A stretch of 64,000 bases of DNA from an uncultured bacterium (GCA_937139365.1 CAKZPT010000062.1:5422-69421), one strand, 5' to 3'; numbered from the stretch's first letter, positions 1-9,145 are shown. Program-made: numbers and translations. The notes: generated from the letters alone by a model not told the origin.

Positions 1-799
1 CGGACTCGGCCGCCTCGCGGAGAAACTCCTCCGTCGTGCGTTCCGGCGCATGGAGACCGAAGCGATCCTCCACGTAGTGACGCATGATGCGCGACAGCTC
101 GACGTAGACGTACTCGGAGCGTCCCGCCTCGATTGCGCCGCTGCGACGGAGGCGCTCGAGGGCGTCCAGCGCCGCCTGGTCGGGCGGAGGGGGGGGAGGG
201 GCGGGCGGCGGCGGGCGGCGGCGGATCCACCACGCCACGGCCCACGCCAGCGCGGCGGCGCCGGCGGGCACGACCAGAAGCGCCCAGACCCAGGGCGGCA
301 CGCGCGCCGGCCAGTCCAGAGGACTAGGTGGCGGCCGCAGCGCAGCGTCGCCGTTGGTCACCGAGGGCACGATGGCTACCTCCAGCTCCGGCAGCGGCAC
401 GCGCCACGGCTCATTGGAGACCGTTATGACCGTGACCTCGCCGGTCCAGACGCGGTGCGACCCCAGCTCGAACGACGCGATCTCCCACTTGCGCTCCGTA
501 GCCGTCTGGCCGCGCCTTGCCGACGTGGTTAAGGTGTCGGCACGCCGGACGCGGAACTCATTGCTGCGGCCGGGCTCCTCGAACGCCACGGTGGCCCCGG
601 CGGGATGGTCGACGCGGAGTTGAAGGCGAACGACCGCGCCGACGGGCGCGGCGTTGGTGGACAGCCGCACCTCGACGCGGACCGGACCGTTCGAGGCCCC
701 GGCGACTACGGGAGGAAGGGAAGGGCGGCAGCCGGCGGCCAGGGCGGCAGCGGCCAGGGCGGCGGCGCCGGGGCCGTGGCGCCGGATGCCGCGCGACAC
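1..799 (-). CDS. Partial (3' end outside window) lipoprotein with a transmembrane segment and a DUF4381-like C-terminal region; downstream member of the Bat/MoxR operon
   Basis: Manual minus-strand translation from a GTG at 799: VSRGIRRHGPGAAALAAAALAAGC (lipobox LAAGC), then a TM helix WVWALLVVPAGAAALAWAVAWWI, a poly-Pro stretch and ...YVYVELSRIMRHYVEDRFGLHAPERTTEEFL, which resembles DUF4381. Absent from the ORF track because the stop lies left of position 1. Sits 20 nt downstream of the DUF58 stop. Confidence 0.45.
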   Translation of the reverse strand, partial: MSRGIRRHGPGAAALAAAALAAGCRPSLPPVVAGASNGPVRVEVRLSTNAAPVGAVVRLQLRVDHPAGATVAFEEPGRSNEFRVRRADTLTTSARRGQTATERKWEIASFELGSHRVWTGEVTVITVSNEPWRVPLPELEVAIVPSVTNGDAALRPPPSPLDWPARVPPWVWALLVVPAGAAALAWAVAWWIRRRPPPPAPPPPPPDQAALDALERLRRSGAIEAGRSEYVYVELSRIMRHYVEDRFGLHAPERTTEEFLREAAES

Positions 800-819
800 T
801 GACCGGCCGTGGTGCACGA

Positions 820-1704
820 TCAGATCCCGATGCGCCGCTCCCGTTCCCGAAAGAAGCGCAGCAACGCCCGATCGTAGGGCTCGCCGGTGGAGGCCTCGAT
901 TACATCCACACCGGCGCGGCGAAAGCGGTCCAGCAAGTCGCGCCGCCGTTCGAGGGCGAGCTCGGCCAGCCGACGACGGGTGGCCGGATGCGAGGTGTCG
1001 AGCACTTGGCGTCGGCCGGTCTCGGCGTCCTCCCATTCCACTAGACCTGCGGGCGGCCAGGCCTCCTCGCGCCGGTCGCCGACGACCACGGCGATCAGAT
1101 CGTGGTGACGGGCGGCCGTCGCGAGCCGGCGGGCCGGGAATTCCGGGAGGAAAAAGTCGCTCAACAGAAAGCAGACGGCCCGCCGGCGGATCGCGTGCTG
1201 GAGGAACTCCAGCGCCGGGGCCAAGTCCGTCCCCGGCCTGGCCGGCTCGAAGGCCAGGACCTCCCGGATCACGCGCAGGCCGTGACCGAGCCCTTTGCGA
1301 GGGGGAACGAACCGCTCGATGCGGTCCGTAAAGAGCCCCAGCCCCACGCGGTCGCCGTTCCGGATGGCGGAGAAGGCCAGCACCGCGGACAGCTCGGCGA
1401 CGAGATCTTTCTTCAATTGGGACCGGCTGCCGAACCGGTGCGAGGCGCTCACGTCAGCCAACAGTAAGACGGTCAGCTCCCGTTCCTCGACGAACTTTTT
1501 GACGTACGGGTGGCCCATCCGGGCCGTGACGTTCCAGTCGATCGAGCGAACGTCGTCGCCGGGCTGGTAGTCGCGGACCTCGTCGAACTCCATGCCGCGG
1601 CCCTTGAAGACGCTGTGGTAGCTGCCGGCGAAGACATCATTGACGAGCCGCCGGGAGCGGATTTCGATGCGGCGGACCTTGCGGAAGACCTCGACCGGGA
1701 TCAT
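820..1704 (-). CDS. DUF58 domain protein (MoxR-associated, VWA-like)
   Basis: ORF 820..1845, trimmed to the ATG at 1704 (MIPVEVFRKVRRIEI...). Motifs VFKGRGMEFDEVRDYQPGDDVRSIDWNVTAR and LLLADVSASHRFGS are classic DUF58. The ATG forms an ATGA overlap with the upstream ORF stop. Confidence 0.85.
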   Translation of the reverse strand: MIPVEVFRKVRRIEIRSRRLVNDVFAGSYHSVFKGRGMEFDEVRDYQPGDDVRSIDWNVTARMGHPYVKKFVEERELTVLLLADVSASHRFGSRSQLKKDLVAELSAVLAFSAIRNGDRVGLGLFTDRIERFVPPRKGLGHGLRVIREVLAFEPARPGTDLAPALEFLQHAIRRRAVCFLLSDFFLPEFPARRLATAARHHDLIAVVVGDRREEAWPPAGLVEWEDAETGRRQVLDTSHPATRRRLAELALERRRDLLDRFRRAGVDVIEASTGEPYDRALLRFFRERERRIGI

Positions 1705-2087
1705 CGCCCGCCCCCGCCGCGGCGGCGCGGGGCCGGCCGGCGCACGGCGGATTGCCTGCGGGATTTGGCCACGGCATCGGCGAACGCTTTGCCGTGGGCG
1801 AGGATCTGCAGCACGCGCGGCGGGTGCAACATCTGCGTGCGCCACAGGAGTTCAATCAGGCGAAGGCATTCCGCGGTGGACTTCTCCACCTGGGCCCACG
1901 TGGCCGGCGTGCCCTTCGCTGCACCGCCCAGGTCCTTCCATGCCTCGAGGAACCGGCGGTGGGCGTACTCCAGCTCGACGCTCAGGGCCTGGCCGGCGAG
2001 GTCGTCGCGCGGCAGCACCTCGACAAGGTCGCGAACCCGACTGGTGAATCGTTCCGCCGCTCTGTCCAGATCCACGATTTCGTACAT
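1701..2087 (-). CDS. Hypothetical helical protein (128 aa) encoded between MoxR and DUF58
   Basis: ORF 1701..2087. A strong SD (GGAAGGAG) lies 6 nt upstream of the ATG. Protein-like composition. Translationally coupled to the DUF58 gene. No recognisable domain. Confidence 0.55.
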   Translation of the reverse strand: MYEIVDLDRAAERFTSRVRDLVEVLPRDDLAGQALSVELEYAHRRFLEAWKDLGGAAKGTPATWAQVEKSTAECLRLIELLWRTQMLHPPRVLQILAHGKAFADAVAKSRRQSAVRRPAPRRRGGGGR

Positions 2088-2111
2088 ATCGTCGCTCCTT
2101 CCCGCCGCCGG

Positions 2112-3158
2112 TCAGGGGACCGGCAGCTCGTTGAGAATCCGAGAGATCACCGCGTCGGTGGTGATCTCCTCCGCCTCGGCTTCGTAGGTCAGCAGGATGC
2201 GGTGGCGCAGGACGTCCGGCGCCACGCTTTTCACGTCCTGCGGTGTGACGTATCCGCGCCCCTCCAGAAAGGCGTGGGCGCGCGCCGCAAGGGCCAGGCA
2301 GATCGTCGCCCGGGGGGAGGCCCCGTACCGAACGTACGGGGCGATGTCGAGCCGGAACGCCCTCGGGTCCCGCGTCGCGCCGACCATGTCGAGGATGTAC
2401 TCGCGGATTTTCGGGTCCATGTAGATTTCGTCGACGACACGCCGGGCAGCGAGAATCCGGTCGGGATCGACGACGGGCCGGACGTTGCGCACGATCCGGG
2501 TGCGCGCCTCCGCGTCGAGAATCCGCCGCTCGTCGTCGCGGGCCGGGTATCCGACGCGGACCTTAAGCATAAACCGGTCCACCTGCGCCTCGGGCAGCGG
2601 GTAGGTGCCCTCCTGCTCGATCGGGTTCTGAGTAGCCAACACCAGGAACGGAGACGGCAGGGGATGGGTCTCGCCGCCGATCGTCACCTGCCGCTCCTGC
2701 ATCGCCTCCAACAGCGCGCTCTGAACCTTCGCGGGTGAGCGGTTGATCTCGTCGGCCAGGATCACGTTGGCGAAGATAGGGCCGGTCCGAACCGTGAACG
2801 TTCCGTCGCGGGGGTTGTACACCTGCGTCCCGGTCAGGTCGGCCGGCAACAGGTCGGGGGTGAACTGAATGCGCCGAAACGACGTGTTCAACGCCGCGGC
2901 CAACGTCCGCACCATCAGGGTTTTAGCTAGTCCCGGCACCCCCTCCAGAAGGGCATGCCCGTCGGCCAGCAGGGCGATCAGCAGACGGTCGATCAACCCG
3001 CGCTGCCCAATGACGACCTTTTCGATCTCACCGCGCAGCTCGCCGACAAACGCCGAGTGCTCCCGTACCTGTTCGTTGATCCAGCCAATTCCGCTATTCA
3101 TCCCGTTGCCGCCGTTCCCGCCCGGCCGCGGCGCACCTCCTCGTTCCGCCGCCGCCAC
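2112..3158 (-). CDS. MoxR-family AAA+ ATPase
   Basis: LLEGVPGLAKT (Walker A), ILADEINRSPAKVQSALLEAMQERQVTI (Walker B/sensor) and VLATQNPIEQEGTYPLPEAQVDRF are present. The start may instead be the internal ATG at 3101 (MNSGIGW...). Confidence 0.9.
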   Translation of the reverse strand: MAAAERGGAPRPGGNGGNGMNSGIGWINEQVREHSAFVGELRGEIEKVVIGQRGLIDRLLIALLADGHALLEGVPGLAKTLMVRTLAAALNTSFRRIQFTPDLLPADLTGTQVYNPRDGTFTVRTGPIFANVILADEINRSPAKVQSALLEAMQERQVTIGGETHPLPSPFLVLATQNPIEQEGTYPLPEAQVDRFMLKVRVGYPARDDERRILDAEARTRIVRNVRPVVDPDRILAARRVVDEIYMDPKIREYILDMVGATRDPRAFRLDIAPYVRYGASPRATICLALAARAHAFLEGRGYVTPQDVKSVAPDVLRHRILLTYEAEAEEITTDAVISRILNELPVP

Positions 3159-3235
3159 CCCGGGCTTGCGAGCGTTCCACCAGCCGCCGCCCGTGGGCCG
3201 GATGACGACTTCGCCGCTGATTTGGACTTCGATCT

Positions 3236-3345
3236 CTTGACAACGTTCAGAGACAGTCTAACGCTTTTTTGCAAAAAGCTCCAGATATATTTTATAACTA
3301 CCTCTATATCAATGCCTTATAAAATAACTTCTTCTTGCCTTTCTC
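3236..3345. promoter_or_regulatory. AT-rich intergenic tract (likely promoter region of the moxR operon; possible island boundary)
   Basis: A sequence such as tatattttataactacctctatatcaatgccttataaaataacttcttc stands out in a roughly 70% GC background. It lies immediately 5' of moxR on the minus strand. Confidence 0.35.
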
Positions 3346-3441
3346 GCATTACTCCTTCACTGTTCGTCGAAAAAGTGGGCTCGCCCTCCTGCGCGAAGAA
3401 GTCGGCACCTTAACCCTATTCACGGCGCGGTTCGACACCCA

Positions 3442-4238
3442 TCAGGTGCCGCACGAAAAAGTCCGCCCGCCGCCGCGGCCGTACTCGCTCTCGCCCGCGC
3501 CGTGGCCTTCGCTAGGAAACACGATGAGCTCGAAGTCCTCATCGGCGTGGATCGGCGCGTCGACCACCTGCATCGTCGACGCCGGATCCACGTTGCGATC
3601 ATCCATCGCGCCGACCGTGAGCAGGAGTGCTCTGCGAAGGCGGTGGGCGTGGGTCACGTTGGACCGCTCGGCGTAGTGCGGCCCGACCGGCCAGGCCATC
3701 CACTGCTCGTTCGACCAGATCTTGTCCATCCGGTTGTCATGGCAGCCACAATCGCGGCCGCCTTGTAGAAATCGCCGTGCCACAGCAGCGCGGCCAGCGC
3801 GCTCTGCCCGCCGGCGGAGCCCCCGTAGATGCCCACGCGTTCAAGGTCCATCCACGGTCGGCCGGCGGGCGACGCCCGCAGCCATGCGATCCGGTCGGGC
3901 AGTCCCGCATCCGCGAGGTTCTTCCAGCACACGTCGCGAAAGGCCTTGGAGCGGTGCGAGGTGCCCATGCCGTCGATCCGCACCACCACGAAGCCCAGTT
4001 CCGCGAGTTCGCGGTCGTGCGAATGGACGGCCCACTCCTTTGGCACGAACGCGCCATAGGGACTGGCATAGATGTGTTCGACCACGGGGTAACGGCGGGT
4101 GGAGTCAAAGTTTGTGGGCACGATCAGGATGCCATGGATGTCCGTGGTTCCGTCGCGCCCCTTGGCGACGAACCGCTCGGGCGGGCGCCATCCGGTCGTC
4201 AGCAGCGCGGCCGTGTCGGCACGTTCGAGAACGCACAC
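3442..4238 (-). pseudogene. S9-family serine peptidase (DPP-IV/prolyl-oligopeptidase-like) catalytic domain: N-terminally truncated and frameshifted
   Basis: Two minus-strand ORFs in different frames (3654..4238 and 3442..3783) together give ...[31 protein letters not shown] / [26 protein letters not shown]...[35 protein letters not shown]. That is the Ser-Asp-His region of an S9 peptidase. The frame breaks near 3780. The roughly 400-aa beta-propeller N-terminus is absent. Confidence 0.7.
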
Positions 4239-4262
4239 CAGGGCCCCGTCCTTCCCCTGTTT

Positions 4263-4288
4263 GGGGTCACGTCTCCAGATTCAAATAT
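4263..4288. repeat. 26-bp repeat copy A (inverted relative to copies B and C): GGGGTCACGTCTCCAGATTCAAATAT
   Basis: Its reverse complement ATATTTGAATCTGGAGACGTGACCCC matches copy B at 22 of 26 positions. Confidence 0.6.
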
Positions 4289-4811
4289 CTCAGAACCTCT
4301 CGCAACGCCGAGCGGGCTTCGAGGCGCGGAAGCCAGCGGTGTCGAAAGTGGCGCACCGCCTCGCTCACCGCGGAGTAGTCCATCCCGCCGACCGCATCTC
4401 CGAGTGCGCGGAGGGTCAGGCCGCAATGACGGCGCCCCGCCCATAGCGCGAGGTCCCGCCCTCAATCTCCGTACCGGTCGCGACCCCCCCAGGGCTCCCC
4501 CTTGACTCGCTCCACCCCGCACGGACCACGTCCGGCCAGCTCGCCTCTGCGCGCAGCGATCGCCGCCCCGCGGTTTCCCGCCCGATATGCATGCCCCCTC
4601 GCAGGGCGTCCGCAAACGCCTCGCCCCCCAGCGCCGCGCCCCAGCGAAGCCGTGTCCAGACCGGCTCCGGCGTCCCCTGCCTCAGCCGGTCTTCCGGTAA
4701 ATGCGCTGGCGGCTATGACCGCGCGCCGTGAGGTGATACCGCCCGCCGGCCACGTTCACGCGTAAGGGTCGTGCCACGTCCACCCTTTCTCACACAGCGC
4801 CCCGACGGTCA

Positions 4812-4837
4812 ATGTTTGATTCCGGAGACGTGACCCC
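4812..4837. repeat. 26-bp repeat copy B: ATGTTTGATTCCGGAGACGTGACCCC (followed by tandem CCCCAATCAC x2)
   Basis: Direct copy of repeat C and inverted copy of repeat A. The shared core is GGAGACGTGACCC. Confidence 0.6.
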
Positions 4838-5140
4838 AATCACCCCCAATCACTTCATGGCCGTAAAGACCTTCAGCGAGAGGCGAGGTGGGAGGAGGTC
4901 GTGAAGGCGGTTGAGCGTGTAAAAGGCGAGCGTTGGGAGCAGTTTGCGGATCGGTAGGGCGATTGGGGCTGGGACTTGGTCCTGTGGATTGCACGCGGGC
5001 CCGGGGGGATGACATTGAGTGAACTCAGAGAGAGGGCCGGTGGTTTGGATTACTCGGCCGTCAGCGAGTCTCTGCGCCGATTCGATCGAAAGATGATTCG
5101 TCATCGGCAGAGCCGCTCCGCCGTGAAGAATACCCTGCAA

Positions 5141-5164
5141 ATGTTGAATATGGAGACGTGACCC
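5141..5164. repeat. 24-bp repeat copy C: ATGTTGAATATGGAGACGTGACCC
   Basis: Third copy, 329 bp to the right of copy B in the same orientation. It overlaps the stop of a small HTH-like ORF at 4976..5161. Confidence 0.55.
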
Positions 5165-5498
5165 ACGACCGCCCATGACCGCATGAGTGGCGCGTCAGGC
5201 CTCCACCAGCAGGTGGGCCGTGCCGCCGCCTGAACCGAGCCGGCTGCCGGCCAGGTCGCAGGCGGCAAACCACGGCGGACACGGACGCTGTTCGAGCCGC
5301 CCGAATTCCGCTGCCATCCGCGGGGGCAGCGACAGTAGATATTGGCAACACAGTTCGGTCATGATTCGGCTTCAGAGAGCTTTTGCGGAATCTCGCGAGC
5401 GGCAAGGAAAAACCGGCCATCGCCCGTCACGCCGTCAGGCGAAATGTTGCAGCGGAGACTGCCGCGCGCGTCGAAATTGTGCCGGCGCGCCATTCCGC

Positions 5499-7826
5499 TC
5501 ACCGCACCCGGATCGCCAGCGAGCCACTGCCGGGGTACTCAAATGGCCCGGCGGTGGGACGCGTCCGATTGCGGCGTTTGCCCAGGTAATCGGTGTCAAT
5601 CTGGAGCGGCATGCCATCGCGGTTCACATACGGAAGCTTGGGGATTTTTGCTTCGCCCAGCAAAGTCGTGGTCACGAATGGGGTCTCCGCTGTGTGGAGG
5701 CGCTCGTCCAATTTCAAGTGGAGGATCATCCGGTCCTGCTCGGCAACGAGCCGCACCGCGGGATTGTCATTGGTCAGGATGAGCGGCCGCGTTTCGTTGG
5801 CGCAAGGCAGCGCGCCCCAATAATAGACGTTGCCGCCGGCCAGCACCGGAAATTCGCGGCCATCATAGCCCCACAACCCGTAACTGCTGATCCAGCGCAG
5901 CTCCTTTAAGTCACCTTTCTGTTCCGCAGTGGGGACTTCGCCGTTGCCAATAAAAATGTTGTTGAAAAACCGGTTGTCCCCGCCGCGGATGACGGCCAAC
6001 CCGGCCACCGTGGTGGAATGGGCCGAATGGTAAGGCGTCTCGCGACTGGGGTCGGGGCGGTTGGTGATCTTGCCGGCGAACAAATTGTGGGCGTAGGCGC
6101 CGCCTTGCGACATGTCCTGCACGCTGGTCGGGGACAGGAAGATATTGTTGTCCACGACAAACGGGCCGTGATTCACCTCGACGAGCAGGTCCGGCCCGAC
6201 GTTGTCGTGGCACAGGTTTCGCGAGACGCGCGTGCCCTGCGTCATCCAATCCAGCCACAAGCCCATGTTGGCGCGGTAGATGTGGTTATTGCAGATCACG
6301 GTGTTTATCGCGCCGTGGAATTTGATGCCGGCCATCTCCGCGCCGGTGAACAGACGGCGCACGTGGATGTCGTGGATGACGTTGTTCTCGACGATGCAGA
6401 AGATCGGACCCAGACTGCCGACGATGCCCGCCTGTTCGCAGTGCGAGATGGTGTTGTTGCGGACGATGTGATGGCCGATGTGCTCAGACGTCCAAGGGAT
6501 GCGAAATGCGTGAGCGCGCTCGATGGTCTTGACGTAGCCCTCGGCGGTGTCGCCGGAGGTGTTGTCATACTCGTCGCCATGTTTGCCCAGCGTGATGCCC
6601 GTGCACATCGAGTGGCTGATGACGTTGTTCTCAATGATCCAGCCCTTGCTCCAATGCGTGCCCAGCAAACCGATCTGCTCGGCCGTCGGCGGCGCCCAGG
6701 GCGTGGCCGCGTGCCGCATCGTGAATCCCCGCACGGTGATGTAGTTGCGGCCCGGTTGGCTGGGATAGAACACGCTTTGGCGAACGTTGATTTCGACGAG
6801 TTGTTCGTTGGGATTCACGCCCTCGAACTGCGCCCAGATTGTGGTGTTCGAGCCGTCAACTTGGGCAAACCACAACTGCGGATTCAGGGCACCGACATGC
6901 GCCTTGCGGAAGATGAGATACAACGTCTTTACGCCGTTGACGGGTTTGAGCCGGGCCGGCAACGTCGTCCAAGATTGCCAGCCGCCCGTGTTCGGCACCA
7001 TGCAGGTGCCAAGCAACTCGCCGTCCGGCGCGTCCAAGCGCAGTTCAATGATGCCGCCTTGCGAGGCCGATGCGGCGCGAATTTCCATCTGCTCGGTGCG
7101 AGGGCCGAAGTCAAATCGGTCGTAGCGCACCCAGTCGCCATGCACAATGTACCCGACGCACTCGCCGCCTTCCGAGCAAGGCGCGTTTTGCGTGCCGCGT
7201 TTTTCAGCAAAATCCGTCGCCGGCACGCGCGGCCGGTTTTCTGTTTCCTTGCCCGCCCGCAACCAGGCAACGTTCAGCAGATAACCCTGAGGACCAACCC
7301 TCAGCCAGGCGGGCTTTGCGCCGCCGGCCAACAGCACCTCGTCGAGGCTGGCCGCCTCCGTGAGCCAGTCACCGTCGAGGTAGACCGCGCCGGTGTGATG
7401 TTTGCGTCCCCTGCCGTCGAACCAGTCGCCGTGGATGACGTTGGTATAGGGATTGAAATCGCCAAAGAACGCGTTGGGCAGTGTCACCTTCCAAACGTCG
7501 TCCTGGACCTTCTCCCAGCCTTTGACCACTTCCGAGCCTTTGATTTCAACCCGCGCGCCGGGCGCGGCCTGATATACGATGCGTTGTTTGTCCGACGTGC
7601 CCCCGCGCGGCGGGTCGATCCGCTCGCGATACACCCCCTCATGCACCGTGATTACATCGCCCGGTTGGGCCAGGTCGGCGGCGCGTTGGATGGTACGCAG
7701 CGGGGCCTCGGGGGTGCCGGGATTGGAATCTTTGCCGGTGATGGCAACGTGCAATTCTGCGGCCGACAGCGTCGCGTGCGCCACGAGCAGCCCGCCGAGG
7801 GACAGTCGATGAATGCATAGCTTCAT
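5499..7826 (-). CDS. Secreted right-handed parallel beta-helix (pectin-lyase fold) protein with an inserted CBM6-like domain; putative polysaccharide lyase or glycosidase
   Basis: ORF 5499..8366, trimmed to the ATG at 7826 (MKLCIHRLSLGGLLVAHATLSA, a signal peptide). The N-terminus AAELHVAITGKDSNPGTPEAPLRTIQRAADLAQPGDVITVHEGVY is typical of beta-helix enzymes. The CBM6-like insert reads GDWVRYDRFDFG...IELRLDAPDGELLGTCMVPNTGGWQSWTT. Repeated NNVISH, NNTISH, NNVIHD, CNNHIY and DNNIF beta-helix rungs follow. The N-terminal 180 codons of the track ORF are antisense to the DUF59 fragment and were rejected. Confidence 0.8.
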   Translation of the reverse strand: MKLCIHRLSLGGLLVAHATLSAAELHVAITGKDSNPGTPEAPLRTIQRAADLAQPGDVITVHEGVYRERIDPPRGGTSDKQRIVYQAAPGARVEIKGSEVVKGWEKVQDDVWKVTLPNAFFGDFNPYTNVIHGDWFDGRGRKHHTGAVYLDGDWLTEAASLDEVLLAGGAKPAWLRVGPQGYLLNVAWLRAGKETENRPRVPATDFAEKRGTQNAPCSEGGECVGYIVHGDWVRYDRFDFGPRTEQMEIRAASASQGGIIELRLDAPDGELLGTCMVPNTGGWQSWTTLPARLKPVNGVKTLYLIFRKAHVGALNPQLWFAQVDGSNTTIWAQFEGVNPNEQLVEINVRQSVFYPSQPGRNYITVRGFTMRHAATPWAPPTAEQIGLLGTHWSKGWIIENNVISHSMCTGITLGKHGDEYDNTSGDTAEGYVKTIERAHAFRIPWTSEHIGHHIVRNNTISHCEQAGIVGSLGPIFCIVENNVIHDIHVRRLFTGAEMAGIKFHGAINTVICNNHIYRANMGLWLDWMTQGTRVSRNLCHDNVGPDLLVEVNHGPFVVDNNIFLSPTSVQDMSQGGAYAHNLFAGKITNRPDPSRETPYHSAHSTTVAGLAVIRGGDNRFFNNIFIGNGEVPTAEQKGDLKELRWISSYGLWGYDGREFPVLAGGNVYYWGALPCANETRPLILTNDNPAVRLVAEQDRMILHLKLDERLHTAETPFVTTTLLGEAKIPKLPYVNRDGMPLQIDTDYLGKRRNRTRPTAGPFEYPGSGSLAIRVR

Positions 7827-7943
7827 ATCGCGGGAGAGTACGGTCGTTGACGCCCAATTGGAAGTTCGGCGGACCGTCGCCGGCCAATGTTTTACTGCAC
7901 CGCAATATGAACGGCAATTCTGGTCCGCGACGTCGAGGCCTCC

Positions 7944-8261
7944 GTGGTGCCGGTCGACACCAAGGTTACGCTCATGAAAGGCGAAGCCGCTTACATCACG
8001 CAATCGCCGGGCGGCAGCTACACCGTCATCGTCAACGGCATCATGTTTCGCATTGCGGAACAGGACGCCAACGCGCCGGGCCTGGAGGTCGCGCCCAAGC
8101 CCGTTTCTGCGGCGTCCAGTGGCCCGGTGACACAGGAGCAATTGGACAAGCAGGTCTGGGACTCGCTCAAAACCTGTGACGACCCGGAGATCCCTGTGAA
8201 CATCGTGGACCTCGGGTTGATTTACGATTGTCATCTTACGCTCCTTGGCGAAAACTCCTGA
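7944..8261 (+). pseudogene. Truncated DUF59 (MIP18/SufT-like Fe-S assembly) domain fragment with an unrelated N-terminal segment
   Basis: ...VTQEQLDKQVWDSLKTCDDPEIPVNIVDLGLIYDCHL matches the first third of a DUF59 domain and then stops. No continuation in other frames. The segment is lower in GC. Confidence 0.4.
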
Positions 8262-8437
8262 TAAGAAATCGCTTTTCAGGTCGCGCGGGCCCCCTGCCCG
8301 GGTGAGACCGTCCAGAATCGGCGTTTTCATGGCGGGGGATTTACCAGAGCACCGGATGGAGGCCAAGACCGAAAATCGGTGGGCGAGCGGACAGGATCCA
8401 GGCGCGATCGCGAAACGGACCGATCCCGCCGCGGGGC

Positions 8438-8815
8438 TCAGCCGTTCGCGGACGCCACGATTTGCTCGACATCGTAGTCGGGGAACGGGTCGTTGGGCCA
8501 GGGCTCGGTGACCCGTGCTGCAGGCTCGGACGGAGCCCTCGCCGAACTCACGCGCACGCCCAGCTCCCAGAGGCCGAGGTGGCGGAGGATGTGCTCAATC
8601 ACGGTGCGGTCGTCGATGAGCGCGACGATCTTCATCTCTCGCGAGCACCACGAGCACAGCAGCGAATCGGCTTCCCAGACTTTCTTGATGAGTTCGCGCC
8701 ATTTCGCGAAGGTATACGGCGCGGTTTGTGCCAGGAGACGTCGAGGACCTGGACGGCCTGCACCTCCGCGGCACGGGCCTCTTCGGCGGCGCGCTTGTCG
8801 CGTTGACCACGCATT
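8438..8815 (-). pseudogene. Transposase C-terminal relic (zinc-ribbon tail; tentatively IS91/Y2-transposase-like). No N-terminal catalytic region and no ATG
   Basis: Manual extension of ORF 8438..8635 upstream to the stop at 8816 gives ...TAPYTFAKWRELIKKVWEADSLLCSWCSREMKIVALIDDRTVIEHILRHLGLWE... I recall the pattern [CxxC...M(K/R)I(I/V)A.I.D..VI..IL.HLGLW] as a transposase C-terminal tail. Only about 125 codons of open frame remain. The family is uncertain. Confidence 0.4.
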
Positions 8816-8908
8816 TTATATTCTAATCTGCTCAGGTAGCTGCTTCAAAGCGGGCGGTTACCTGAGAGAGGTTGGCGGGTGGCACGGATCTGGCGCGTGG
8901 GGCAAGGA

Positions 8909-9145
8909 TCACGAGGTGTTGGCCGTCGGCACAAAGGGGTTGCCTCTGGAGGGCAGAGATAAGGAATTCGGTTGTCCCTTCACAGTCCGCCCGACGAGAC
9001 AGCCGTCCTCGATCCGGAATTCCGGTTTGCCGCCCCGAAGGATCCATCCGTTCGTCGAAGCCCCCTCGAACAGCGGCGGAAGATCTCCGGCGCCAGACAC
9101 CCCCGCACCGACCGCCGCCAGGGCCATCCACACGTGTAGTTTCAT
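8909..9145 (-). pseudogene. N-terminal fragment (signal peptide plus about 55 aa) of a DUF1080 (3-keto-disaccharide hydrolase-like) protein
   Basis: MKLHVWMALAAVGAGVSGAGDLPPLFEGASTNGWILRGGKPEFRIEDGCLVGRTV matches the start of DUF1080 domains (compare the intact paralog at 47575..48965). It stops after 79 aa. Confidence 0.5.

Larger units (their letters stand above)
4263..5164. mobile_element. Putative MITE-like or degenerate IS remnant bounded by inverted 26-bp repeats (A versus B/C)
   Basis: The repeats have the geometry of terminal inverted repeats. The interior has no convincing full-length ORF, only a 61-aa HTH-like ORF in the lower-GC segment 4844..5160. It abuts the truncation point of the S9 peptidase pseudogene. 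Confidence 0.35.

Noticed and set aside
4835-4854. Tandem CCCCAATCAC x2 and other short direct repeats, as a possible CRISPR or minisatellite
   Set aside because: Only two units with no spacer-repeat periodicity. No CRISPR array is present anywhere in the window.
5187-7820. Long plus-strand ORFs (5187..5909, 6018..7820, 240 and 600 aa) opposite the beta-helix/CBM6 gene
   Set aside because: They are antisense to a gene with strong domain signatures. Their products are Arg/Ala/Gly-rich low-complexity, typical of high-GC reverse frames, with no start context.
7827-8366. N-terminal 180 codons of track ORF 5499..8366 (MASIRCSGK...)
   Set aside because: No domain content, and it is antisense to the DUF59 fragment. 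A signal peptide with an ATG at 7826 immediately precedes the conserved beta-helix N-terminus, so the gene starts there.
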